A stretch of 64,000 nt of DNA from the NCBI GenBank assembly GCA_965263355.1, contig CBDHHL010000035.1, positions 18,255 through 82,254 on the forward strand. The letters are read 5' to 3'. Of this stretch, positions 9,948-20,000 are shown in pieces (position 1 is the first letter of the stretch; each line of letters begins with the position of its first letter). The notes under the pieces are model-generated. The model saw only the letters and a list, made by a program, of their open reading frames with translations. It was not told the origin of the DNA and searched no databases. Source of the stretch: Leptolyngbyaceae cyanobacterium. Lineage in GTDB: Bacteria > Cyanobacteriota > Cyanobacteriia > Phormidesmidales > Phormidesmidaceae. The translations under genes were made by a program, and so were the position numbers.

Positions 9948-10217
9948 ATGAAATTAAGCGAATTCATTGAGGCACTGCCAGACCTTTTGATTGAATGGAG
10001 GAAGTCAGAAGTCCCTGTCAAGGCGCAAGCCGCTAGAGCGTTGGGGTTAAATAGCAGGCAAGGGATTGATGAAAGGGAAAAGAAGCTCCCTAACGCTCAG
10101 CTTGGCTCTATATTGGAGTATGTAAAAATGCTCGAAAAAGAGTCCAATAATAGTCCAGCGGTAATCATACTGCCAATAAAAAGCTTGACAGAAAAGACTT
10201 CTGGCGATGTTGATTAG
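9948..10217 (+). CDS. XRE-like HTH transcriptional regulator (candidate repressor of the operator cassettes)
   Basis: LIEWRK...KAQAARALGLNSRQGIDEREK...LGSILEY HTH pattern. Confidence 0.6.
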   Translation: MKLSEFIEALPDLLIEWRKSEVPVKAQAARALGLNSRQGIDEREKKLPNAQLGSILEYVKMLEKESNNSPAVIILPIKSLTEKTSGDVD

Positions 10218-10269
10218 TTGCCCTGGACGCAGCTAGTCAAGAAAAGAAAGAAGAACATTAAGGAGAGAA

Positions 10270-10527
10270 ATGGAAATAAATTATTCTTTCAAGTTCCCAT
10301 CTAGTGAGGCGGTTGAGAACGTGAAGGCTCTGGCTGCAGAATTTCAGATTGAAATGCCTGAGGCTCTTGCTTATCAGTTCACTGGATTGCTCACAGCATT
10401 GGGGGACGAGCAAAGGCATGAGTCAATCGATCAAGAGGCATGGCTAAATGTTGCTATGCAAGCTGTTGCCAGAGATGGCCTGCTGGCGTTCCCAATGGTT
10501 GAAGAAGTCTACCTCAATGGTTTTTAG
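10270..10527 (+). CDS. Hypothetical protein
   Basis: 85 aa, strong AAGGAG RBS. Confidence 0.6.
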   Translation: MEINYSFKFPSSEAVENVKALAAEFQIEMPEALAYQFTGLLTALGDEQRHESIDQEAWLNVAMQAVARDGLLAFPMVEEVYLNGF

Positions 10528-10650
10528 CCATGGGATTAACGCAGTGTAAAAACTTGGCGGTTTGTCTTTTTATCCATACATATATACACACACAATTAAT
10601 TAGGTGTGTGCTAAATTAAAAGGGTAGTTGAGAAACGGAATTACTTAAAA

Positions 10651-10953
10651 ATGACTAACGACTTTTGGGAAGCAAAAATTGCAGAAAGACAATGGTTAGA
10701 GAAAGCTGCTGACGAGCAAAGATTGCTCAATTCAACTGACTGGGGTAGTGAGGGCTGCGAAAGTTTTTCACAGATTGTCAAAAATTGCATTGAGCGGGGG
10801 TCTGGAGCTACTCGCTTTAAGTCCTCTGTTTTTAAGGACTGTTCTTTCAGCGATGCAATCGATGAAGCGCTTGTCGAGCTAGGTTTGAGCGCTGACGAAA
10901 TTCAACTACCGAGTTTTAAGGACGCGAATGACGAATTCGTCATTCAGTTTTAA
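10651..10953 (+). CDS. Hypothetical protein
   Basis: 100-aa ORF. Confidence 0.6.
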   Translation: MTNDFWEAKIAERQWLEKAADEQRLLNSTDWGSEGCESFSQIVKNCIERGSGATRFKSSVFKDCSFSDAIDEALVELGLSADEIQLPSFKDANDEFVIQF

Positions 10954-10954
10954 T

Positions 10955-11143
10955 ATGACCACAAAACCCCGCAATCCCCGCAACGCCGGGGCAAAGCCAT
11001 TGGGAGGCGAGCCCAGGCAACGGACTAACATCATGCTGGACGTAGGGCTAAAGGCTGAAGCGGCAGACAAGGCAGCCGAGCTGGGATTAAGCCTTAGTCA
11101 GCTCATTAATGAGCTAATCAGCGAGTTTCTGAAAGCCACATAG
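10955..11143 (+). CDS. Ribbon-helix-helix DNA-binding protein
   Basis: RTNIMLD...KAAELGLSLSQLINELI RHH pattern. Confidence 0.7.
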   Translation: MTTKPRNPRNAGAKPLGGEPRQRTNIMLDVGLKAEAADKAAELGLSLSQLINELISEFLKAT

Positions 11144-11176
11144 TACGTTTGCTAAATTTGTAAATACCAAGGGAGA

Positions 11177-11563
11177 TTGATTATGCCTGTAAACTCTGGG
11201 ATTGGGTACGTAGCTGCTCACGACGAAGAAACTAAAGTCGAAAACGACGACTGCGTGATTTCTTGGGAAGGAGGTTTTGAAAGCAAAATACCTGAAAAGT
11301 ATATCGCTCTACTCTACTCAGACGAGCAAAGTATTTTCACTGAAAACCAGCATCCAAATCTTGAAGTTTTCGATAACGACAGTCTGTCAGACGCCGTTTT
11401 CTATCAAGAATTTATCGATTGGCTAGCGACCGATCTGAGCAACATTGATGTGCAGGTAAAAATGATTAAAGGCAATCATTTTGAGTACTATTACTGCGAG
11501 AGAGATTACTTTAATTCGTTTAATTGGCTTAAATACGCGGAAATGCATAAATCATTAAGTTGA
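11177..11563 (+). CDS. Hypothetical acidic protein
   Basis: 128 aa, GGAG RBS. Confidence 0.55.
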   Translation: MIMPVNSGIGYVAAHDEETKVENDDCVISWEGGFESKIPEKYIALLYSDEQSIFTENQHPNLEVFDNDSLSDAVFYQEFIDWLATDLSNIDVQVKMIKGNHFEYYYCERDYFNSFNWLKYAEMHKSLS

Positions 11564-11802
11564 CCCGCTGCCCAAAACCGTCGGGCCTAAAAGCTTGGCG
11601 GTTTTTGTTTCTCACAAATGTCTTCCCTAACCCACCAGCACCCACCCTCAGGCTTCTCTACGAACAGATAACCAGGCATCGACCATGGGGGAGGCTTCAC
11701 CGTGCCATATCTCGGCCTAGGTTTACTGTTGCGTTGTGGGCCTGGGGAGTCGGGGAGACGTACGCGGTTCATCGGCAATGCAAGAACTTTATGAATAATT
11801 AG

Positions 11803-11831
11803 TTGACGTTTCTAGATAGGGGCACTATAGT
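11803..11831 (+). promoter_or_regulatory. Sigma70-type promoter
   Basis: TTGACG-17nt-TATAGT upstream of 11862. Confidence 0.65.
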
Positions 11832-11861
11832 AGAGACACAGAACAAACGGAGTAAAAAACA

Positions 11862-12137
11862 ATGGCTAACGACAACACTATCCAAATCAAAACAACTGGC
11901 AAATATACACTTCGCCTAACTGACGTAGATGCTGGTCGTTTCTTTGGATGGGATGACGCTTTTGACCATCCGTTCGCTACTGTCTACGTTGACACACTGC
12001 CTGACACGAGTCAGGGTGATTTGCTTGTGGATACCGCAGAAAGTGGCGGAGCTGTCTATAAGGGGCTAATACTAGCCACAATTCCCGGATGTGAAAGCCC
12101 CAACACTTACCAACTACAAGTTGAATATCAACTCTAA
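11862..12137 (+). CDS. Hypothetical protein
   Basis: 91 aa, promoter and GGAG RBS. Confidence 0.65.
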   Translation: MANDNTIQIKTTGKYTLRLTDVDAGRFFGWDDAFDHPFATVYVDTLPDTSQGDLLVDTAESGGAVYKGLILATIPGCESPNTYQLQVEYQL

Positions 12138-12167
12138 CCACATGGGCGCATAGCGCCCTTTATTGTT

Positions 12168-12410
12168 ATGGAAATCAAAAAACTAGGTTACTCGTCAAAC
12201 CCTTGGCGGCTCGTCGCTAACGACGGCAGAGAGATATACATCCCAGAACTAATCACTATCCCCAAGCCGGGGAGGTTCGGGCGAACAGACAGATCACAGA
12301 CCATTGTCAATATGCCTGTTTGTGGCAAAACAAAAAAAGAATGCACAGAAAAAGCGTTAAGCCTGCTTTCTAAATTGGTTGATCTACATCTGAACAAACC
12401 CAATGACTAA
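12168..12410 (+). CDS. Hypothetical protein
   Basis: 80-aa ORF overlapping the next gene. Confidence 0.55.
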   Translation: MEIKKLGYSSNPWRLVANDGREIYIPELITIPKPGRFGRTDRSQTIVNMPVCGKTKKECTEKALSLLSKLVDLHLNKPND

Positions 12411-12636
12411 ACCCGCCAGAGGCAAACACCCCAACAGTAAAGCCAACCTAATTCATGAAGGAGTTGCCCCCCAACGACACAACGAGCCCAAATCCAAATT
12501 AGTGCGCTTTAAGCTAACCCCCACTGACTATGCCGCCGTTATGGCCTTACTCAACGACGCAAACATCGACAGCCCACGGGCGTTGTTTGAGGCGTTGAGT
12601 GATGGGGTAATCAGTCTTTCGCCCATCAGTAAATAG
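12403..12636 (+). CDS. Small putative DNA-binding protein (RHH-like)
   Basis: RGKHPNSKANL N-terminus, then a beta strand (LVRFKL) and two helices. Confidence 0.5.
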   Translation: MTKPARGKHPNSKANLIHEGVAPQRHNEPKSKLVRFKLTPTDYAAVMALLNDANIDSPRALFEALSDGVISLSPISK

Positions 12637-12708
12637 GCTAAAATAAAAGCACCGCCTGACTTTGGGAGCTGGGCGGTGCTTTTGATGTAACAATGGAAAT
12701 TACTACCT

Positions 12709-13284
12709 ATGAATATAACACAACTTGGATATCCGGTAGGTGAGGGCGGGACGGCCATAAGTAATGAGCTGATCCGACAGAAGAATCTTTCACTTAAAGC
12801 TCGGGGGATGATGGCCTACATTCTCTCTAAGCCGGACCTGCTGACAAAAACAAAGGGCGATGTCATTGACCACTTCGTCCAGTGCTCGCCTGCTGGAAAA
12901 GAGTCGTGCAAGAATGGGCTAAACGAACTAATCGCTGCAGGGCTCATCCCTGAATGGAGCAAACTTCCAAGCCCAACACTTGCCCAAAGGGGGAAGCCAG
13001 GGTTTGTTTATGTGCTAGAGGAAAGCAGAACAGGTCTTTATAAAATTGGCTCAAGCAAAAACCCAAAAAAGAGGGCGCAAGCGATAAACAATCAAAGGCG
13101 GGACAAGGTAACCTTGTTGGTCGCAATTCAGTGCGGCGATATGGGCGAACTAGAAAACTTGGCTCATGAGCAATTTAGCCAATATCGACAAGATGGTGAG
13201 TGGTTCCTGCTTCCCAAAAGTGAGGTTGTAGGGATAGAAAAAACGATACTTAATTTAGGAGCAGCCAAAGCGAACCTAAAATAA
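12709..13284 (+). CDS. HTH-like N-terminus plus GIY-YIG (T5orf172/MUG113-like) domain protein
   Basis: LSLKARGMMAYILS; GFVYVL...YKIGSSKNPKKR...LE...H..F...R..GEWF. Confidence 0.8.
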   Translation: MNITQLGYPVGEGGTAISNELIRQKNLSLKARGMMAYILSKPDLLTKTKGDVIDHFVQCSPAGKESCKNGLNELIAAGLIPEWSKLPSPTLAQRGKPGFVYVLEESRTGLYKIGSSKNPKKRAQAINNQRRDKVTLLVAIQCGDMGELENLAHEQFSQYRQDGEWFLLPKSEVVGIEKTILNLGAAKANLK

Positions 13285-13349
13285 AAAGCACCGTCAGGGG
13301 GGAAGCCAAACGGTGCTTTGTCAAGCAAATATCTTAAAGGAATAATAGC

Positions 13350-14305
13350 ATGGCTAAGGCTTATCGGCATTTTGATAGGACTAGTTTGATATGGGATTCA
13401 ACACTCCCTACTAGCGAAAAGTTTGTACTGCTAGCCATAAACAGCTTCGCTTCAGCTGATGGCAACGGCATATTTCCAAAGCAACAGTCATTAGCCGAGA
13501 TGACAAGTATGTCAAGACGGACCGTCAACAGGGTCATTGGGAACCTTGAAGGCAAATATCGAATTCTTACCCAAATCCATAACTACAAGGATGCTGCTCA
13601 TGGGGCGGTCGTCGCAATAGTACCTACATAGTCCATTGGGAGGTGCTTGAAACCCTTGCCCAGAGCAAAGGTGAAAATTTGGCGTATGGTATAGGACAAA
13701 ATGACGTGTCCCATGCGCCAGAGGATCACAACATAACTGTCCAATCTAAAGAATCTAATCTAACTGTCCATAAATACAGAACAGCGTTTTTTTCAAAAAC
13801 CGCAGAGTGTGGGGAAGCTTTGCTTAATTCTGACCAGGGGGAGCCAGAGGATAACTGCCCCACCCCACCCCCGAATGGCCGAAGCCCGAAAAAGCCGAAC
13901 AAGCCAAAGAAGCTGTTTGATGGAAGCTCAAGATTGAGTATTGACCACAATGGCTGGGTAGTGTTGCCTAGCGCTATTGATGTAGCGCCAAGATATCGAG
14001 AGCTGATAGGGCCAGTGGTGGCTCAGACGATGGTCTGGGTAAAAGTATGGTTCGTCGGCCATTACTCAGGCGAGCTTGAATTGACGCTGCATTACCAGGA
14101 TGATGGGATAATTTACGCCATCAGTGGCAAGGACTTCGATGTGATGGCCTACAGCGAGTTTCTAAGCAAAGATGGCCCAGTGCCTGTAAGGATGATGCGA
14201 GACGTGATGATGGACCGCACAGGCGGCTTCCAGGAGGAATTTAATGACGTGCTGAGCTATTACTTTGGGGAGGCTTGGGGAAGGGCTTTGCAGAGGATTG
14301 CTTGA
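13350..14305 (+). pseudogene. Winged-HTH (replication initiator-like) gene split by a -1 frameshift near 13602
   Basis: 13350-13631 has an HTH_36-like motif (EKFVLLAI...FPKQQSLAEMTSMSRRTVNRVI); the -1 frame continues GGRRNSTYIVHWEVLETL into ORF 13643-14305. Confidence 0.6.
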
Positions 14306-14311
14306 TGAGTA

Positions 14312-14947
14312 TTAAGCCCAACTCCCCCTCAAATATGCCTGTGCTGCCGTCGCCTTTACTGCCAAAGGCATCTGGCTAAATGCCTGTACAAATGCCGCCA
14401 AAGTTACAGGCATAGACTTAACCCCCACCTCCCAATCGTAGCCGCCTCGCATCTCTTCTCGTAATTGCTGGGCGATCGCAGCATCTACTTTCAGCTGGCC
14501 ATTGTTGATCGCAGCGCTCAGGTTCAGCAAAGCGCTCTCTAATACGTCGCCAGAAAGCTCAGTAACATGACTCCAATGGCGAATCTGGTAATACTGCCAC
14601 TCGCCAGCCATTGGCTTAGGGTGCCCTTGATAGCCTTTCAGCTTTGCTTGGCTGAACTGGCGACGGATGCCATCTTTGTAATGCAGAGTATTGCAATACA
14701 GTCGTTCTACTGGGTATAGCCCACCTTTTCGCATCTCTGGGTTAGTGAAGTTACTCCACCAGAGATCGAATACGGCTTTAGATAGCTCGTTGGGCAGCAA
14801 GATATCTGAGCTGTTAATCCCAATAACTTGATACTGGTAAGCCTGAGCGGGGAACTTTCGGGACTGCATGAATAGTGCTGTAGCCCACCCTGCATAAGAA
14901 GCGTAAAGGCTGCAGTGCCAGGAAATTTCATAGCTTAATCGTGGCAT
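14312..14947 (-). CDS. Hypothetical protein downstream of terminase
   Basis: 211 aa, start overlaps the terminase stop. Confidence 0.6.
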   Translation of the reverse strand: MPRLSYEISWHCSLYASYAGWATALFMQSRKFPAQAYQYQVIGINSSDILLPNELSKAVFDLWWSNFTNPEMRKGGLYPVERLYCNTLHYKDGIRRQFSQAKLKGYQGHPKPMAGEWQYYQIRHWSHVTELSGDVLESALLNLSAAINNGQLKVDAAIAQQLREEMRGGYDWEVGVKSMPVTLAAFVQAFSQMPLAVKATAAQAYLRGSWA

Positions 14948-16503
14948 CAGGACACTCCGAGTTCTTCAAAACGATCAGCTATTGACGACTGTTGGATACC
15001 AATAAGGCCAGCTGTTGTGAAGCCCATTAATTCGGTAATAGCCCATACCAACGCATCTAATCGGTTAGGCGATTTATCCCCAGGACTCCATTTGCAAAGC
15101 TCTTTTTCTAGGTCTGGGAAATGCCCGACATGATGGACACGGCCTGACTCATACAGCTGTTGAACAGGTTCAGCCCTAACTTGCTTTCCCCGTGTAGCCT
15201 GAACGTCCTTGTACCCTACTTGAGGGTTTATGTTTTTGACGGTATTTTCTACCATATCCCCCCCATAGTTACGCTCACCTGCGATAATGTCTGCCTGCAA
15301 AGATTGGTATCGTCCGATTGCTGCGCCTGCCCACTGATTGGGCTTGCCAAGTAGTGAGTCATCAGCCAAGACATAATAATGGCCATTGGCGGTTTTACCC
15401 ACAGCTACAATGCCAGCTTCAGTATTGATGCTGCCAGGGGGATCAACGCCTACAACAATGCGAACAAAATGAGACGGAGGAACAGCCTTTCGGTATGGCT
15501 CAATATCGTTTTCCATGCTCCATAAACCTCCGTCAGGTTTATCTTCGTGTTGGGATTCTTGCAAGAATGCACTTAGACCCCAATCATTAATCTGCTTCTC
15601 GGCAACTTCAATGCTTTGCCCCTGAGGCCAAGTAGCCTCTCCCTTGATGATGCGATACTGGTTTTTCTGTAATTTTTCGTCAAAGTGATGCTCTACTTCT
15701 AATCCATTCACTGCTGGTTCTTCAACGACCGAAGCGCCTAGCAGAAATCCTGCTCTACCATCTGCGACTTGAGCGATCGCGCTATCTTTGTGGATTTTAT
15801 TTTGCACAAATAACCCAGTAGCATAGGTCGCCCCAGCTGCAAGAATAGCTTTCGAGATAGTGTCTAGTTTTTTCTGAGTCCCTTTGGCAGTATCGTGCTC
15901 GCCATCGACATCGTCCAAGATGATTAAGTCTGGCCTAAACTGTTCCATTCGAGCACCACGAATCCGGCTGTTTAGACCAACACCAAGCACTCCAAACCCA
16001 TTGGCTGTCTGTAGTCGGTCAGCAGTCCATGAAATGCTAGCTTGATACTTATTCAGCGCACGAGGAACGCCCATCTGCTCTAGTAGTGCAGCAACTGCCT
16101 GTACGTGTAAATTAGCCTGATCCTGGGTGCCACAGACATACAAAACAAAGCGACGCTTTAGACTGCAAGCAAGATACGCGCAACCCTGCTCTGCAATTGT
16201 TGACTTAGCTCCGCCACGAGCCCAGATTTCAATCCTTGATTCAATAGGGGTATCTGGCTGCATTCGATCTAGCCAATCCCATACCGCTAAATGTCGTGTA
16301 CCAGTAGGGACAAGTACCCCTGGCAAACGACGTTGCAGAAAACTGTTAGGCGATTCACCTGGCCGGGGCTGGAGATCAAGAGATAGCTGATTGTAATTGC
16401 GAGAGTCTTCCCTTTCGACGCCCAGCGTTCGCGCTAAACCCTCCCACCATTCATCTATTTCACTTTGGCTAGGTCTTCTACGGGTTCGAGTCCTTGAGCC
16501 CAT
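14947..16503 (-). CDS. terL: Terminase large subunit
   Basis: Walker A RGGAKST, IRGAR...RPDLIILDD Walker B, nuclease motifs VVGVDP and SPNRLDALVWA. Confidence 0.92.
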   Translation of the reverse strand: MGSRTRTRRRPSQSEIDEWWEGLARTLGVEREDSRNYNQLSLDLQPRPGESPNSFLQRRLPGVLVPTGTRHLAVWDWLDRMQPDTPIESRIEIWARGGAKSTIAEQGCAYLACSLKRRFVLYVCGTQDQANLHVQAVAALLEQMGVPRALNKYQASISWTADRLQTANGFGVLGVGLNSRIRGARMEQFRPDLIILDDVDGEHDTAKGTQKKLDTISKAILAAGATYATGLFVQNKIHKDSAIAQVADGRAGFLLGASVVEEPAVNGLEVEHHFDEKLQKNQYRIIKGEATWPQGQSIEVAEKQINDWGLSAFLQESQHEDKPDGGLWSMENDIEPYRKAVPPSHFVRIVVGVDPPGSINTEAGIVAVGKTANGHYYVLADDSLLGKPNQWAGAAIGRYQSLQADIIAGERNYGGDMVENTVKNINPQVGYKDVQATRGKQVRAEPVQQLYESGRVHHVGHFPDLEKELCKWSPGDKSPNRLDALVWAITELMGFTTAGLIGIQQSSIADRFEELGVS

Positions 16504-16988
16504 CTCCGTTTCAGTGCCTCCATGAATGTATCCGGGGTAATGCGCGCCTGTACTGTCAATTCAACAATGTCGTCCGGACTCGGCTGAATATCGAACTTAA
16601 TAACCATGCTCACCCATTCAGCAAAAGTTGGTGGGTAAAGTTCTCGCTGAGTCTTCATTAAATTAGCCATGGCATTGGCGCAGCCTTCTTTAGACTTGCC
16701 CTCTAGCGCCGCTGCTTCATGATAAAGATCAGCGATCGCCCCTTCCAATGCGTCCGACAAGTTAACTTTGCGCCCCGATGCTTGGCTGATCTTCCGAGAC
16801 GTGGTTGCCTTTGTTAGCTCTACGCGGTCACGCTCTTCTTGCCATTTTTCTGCTGCCGCTTTTTGGGTGACCGAAGACTTAGACACCCCAAATTCTTTTG
16901 CAAGATCCCCATACGCTGGTTTTGGTTCTCTCTGCAAAAACGCAGATTTAATAGCGCTCCATACAGTGCTATCGATACGTTTTGGCAT
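16455..16988 (-). CDS. terS: Terminase small subunit
   Basis: N-terminal HTH (WSAIKSAF...YGDLAKEFGVSKSSV...EKW), immediately upstream of terL. Confidence 0.75.
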   Translation of the reverse strand: MPKRIDSTVWSAIKSAFLQREPKPAYGDLAKEFGVSKSSVTQKAAAEKWQEERDRVELTKATTSRKISQASGRKVNLSDALEGAIADLYHEAAALEGKSKEGCANAMANLMKTQRELYPPTFAEWVSMVIKFDIQPSPDDIVELTVQARITPDTFMEALKRRWAQGLEPVEDLAKVK

Positions 16989-17098
16989 TTGTAGGGGGCT
17001 TCAAATAAATAGCAGTATTTATATCATAGCCTCATTCCCTATTGCACATACCACAAAACCGCTTAGAATAGGCATAAATCCTGAGCGTCATCGTCCAA

Positions 17099-20000
17099 AT
17101 GGACACCTATTTCCCAGAGCCCATATATAGAGAAGATAGCCTTGTCAATCAAGCGACTGGGGTAGGTTTGTCGAAGTATGACCCTAGCCAGTCGTGGGAT
17201 ATATCTTGGCAAAATATACGAACTCTGAACCGATATCAACAATCGGCCCTCGCTTCAATCGGGCTGATGCATCGCATTGTTTATACCCTACCTAATGCCT
17301 GCTGCCGAAAGTGGGGAACGGTGACATTAGATGGGGGTTCTCAGGATGACATAGAGAGCATAAATAAAGCACTGATCAATATCCCTGTCATTGACTCAAG
17401 GCGACGACGCGGTGGGGGAGGGTTTCGATCTGCCATTCGTATGGCGTTGGGGCTAGCCTTTAAGACCGGCAATGGAGCTCTCATCCTGGATGCTGATGAC
17501 GGGAGACCTTTGTATGAACCGTTGGATTTAAATAATCTCAAAAAGATTAAGTCCCTTCGTGTAGCCAGCAAATGGCAAGTGGTGCCGTACTTTTTCCATA
17601 ATGATGGGCCTTCGTATAGCCATTATCAGGTGTTCGCCCAGGGGTTCTATACCCAGGGCGACGTTTTCAATATGTCGGGCACTATTATTCATCGGTCTCG
17701 TGTTTTCTGGTTCACGGGCATCGAAGAGGACGACGAGTTTATAGGCAATCGGTATAGCCTCCCCGGCACCGACCGCAGTATTTTAGACCTCGTTGTTGAA
17801 GCGTTCCTGGAGTATTACGGCGGCATCAAGGGGGCTGGGAGAATGATCCAGGACTTCGATGTGATTGTCCACAAGATCAAAGGCTTGGCTGAAATGCTCC
17901 AAGCTGATTGCGATGGGGCCACTAGTAACGCTAAGTCGATGGTGGCTAACAGCGCTGCGATGAATGCCAAAACACGGTCTGCTTTCCGGTCTTACGTGGC
18001 TGATATGGACCAAGAGGCAATTGAGCACGTCACTCGACAGGTAGGCGGCTATGATGGACTGCTGCAGACAATTAAAACGTATCTGTTGATCAATACCCCA
18101 TATCCCCCGGCTGTATTGTTTGGAGAGTTCAGTGCTGGGTTAGGGGCATCTGGCGAATCTCAAGAAGAGCACGCCCTATGGAACGATACAATTTCCCAGG
18201 AACACGAGGCTAAAATCAGCCCCAATATGGTTAGCCTAGACCCTGAGTTTACTGGCATCCTGGGCGTTGTCATGGCTCAACAAGAGGGGCCAACTAAAGG
18301 CGAGATTTTAGACAATGTTGGATGGAAGCCGAATAAGTTATTTGAACCAACAGCCCAGCAGCAGGCAGCTTTAGAAAAAGATAGGGCAGTAATTATCCAA
18401 ACGCTAGGTGCTATTGATAAACGTTTTGTTTCCAACGCAATTTTGAGTCATTACGGCGGGCAAGAGTACCAGGATACAATCACGCTAACCGAAGAGTACA
18501 AGGCAGCATTGGAAGCTGAGGCAAGATTGGAACAAGACCCGCCTGGAGACGAGCCAGAAAAGCCTGGACCAGGTGGCGATGATGCTGAATTGAGCCCTGC
18601 TGACGGGGGAACAGAAGACGATGTTGACTTGACTCAGTTTGCTGAATTTATTGACTTTGATAAAACTGACAGCTGGGGGACTGATGAGTTATTCCCCCAT
18701 TTGGATGCTAAGAAAAAATCCAAGTTACAGGTTGGCGATACCAAAACTAAAAACGGCAAAACTTACGTTTTCAATGAAAATCGAAGATGGGCATTAGAGC
18801 GAAAGGGCGGGAGTAAGCCTAAGGCTAAATCGAAGGCATCGAGCAAAGCCAAAAAGAAAGGGCCACAGCCTGGAGACACCAAGCAAAGTAAGTCTGGTAA
18901 GACGATGGTGTTTAACGGCGAGACTCGTCGTTGGCGGTTGCAAAAGCCTGAAGATGTCAGGCGGACTAAGGCTGAGTTAAAGAAAGCCGTTGAGGATAAA
19001 GGGACTAAGTTGACTCCCGATGAGGCGAGGGAGGTGATTGAAGAGAGTTCAACTGGGCGGACTGCTGCCCGAGAAAAAGCACCCGAAATTTCAGTTGAGG
19101 AATACAAGAAGCTTGATGCTGTTGATCAGCAATTAGCCGCCCCAGGGCAAGAAAAGCCGCCCAAAGATGCGCCGCTGTCTGCCAAGGAGTTCAACCCCTA
19201 CGCTAATCCTGACTTAACTCCGCAGGATTTTGTAAAAGTTTGGGCCGCCCGAGTGCGCATTGAAGCCCAGGACAATCCGGCAAAAGCAGAGGGGGCATCA
19301 GAACTTGATTTGATCGCCACAGATTTTTTCGGGAGTTCTGTCAAGAAGAAAGAAGACCCTAACGCATGGCGAAAATCGTTCGCAGAGTCCGGCCTTAAAA
19401 AGGCAGCTTATCGACGAGCGGTAGCATCCGCCATAGACGAGGGGTTTGTCCCTCCTGACGAGAACTGGATTAAAGTTAATTTAAGTAAAAAGCAGGCTTC
19501 TGCTTACGAGAGGAATAAAGCCCAACTAGAAAAAGACAGGGAAATAGTCAAAGCAGCTGACAAAGCGATTAAATACCCTTTAATGACACGCGATGAAGCC
19601 GAAGGATATAAGCCAACGTTGTCTAGGGCGGAAGCAGAGGCATATGCAAAGAACTCATTTTTGGGTGATCTCACAATGTATCACGGGAATTCTCAATCTG
19701 TAGTTGATTCTATCCGCAATGAGGGCTCTCAACCTGAGCTAAACAGAAAGGGTATTTATGGGCAAGGAACATACTTTGCGACATTAAAGCATACGGCAGA
19801 GACTTATGCAGGCAGCCTGGAAGAAAATTCTACTGCAGCGAATGGCTTGATTGCCGTTAAAACTAAAGTCAAAAACCCTTATATTACGACCATAAATGAG
19901 CTGGATAAAGTTTCAGCCTGGTTCTCTGGAGGGCCTTTCGGTGCAGAGCAATCAAATGGGATCAATAGTGCCGCACTAACAGAATATATGCGAGCCAAAG

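Noticed and set aside
16482..16493. tRNA T-loop-like GGTTCGAGTCC
   Set aside because: Lies inside overlapping terminase genes and no cloverleaf is evident; no tRNA was recognised in the window
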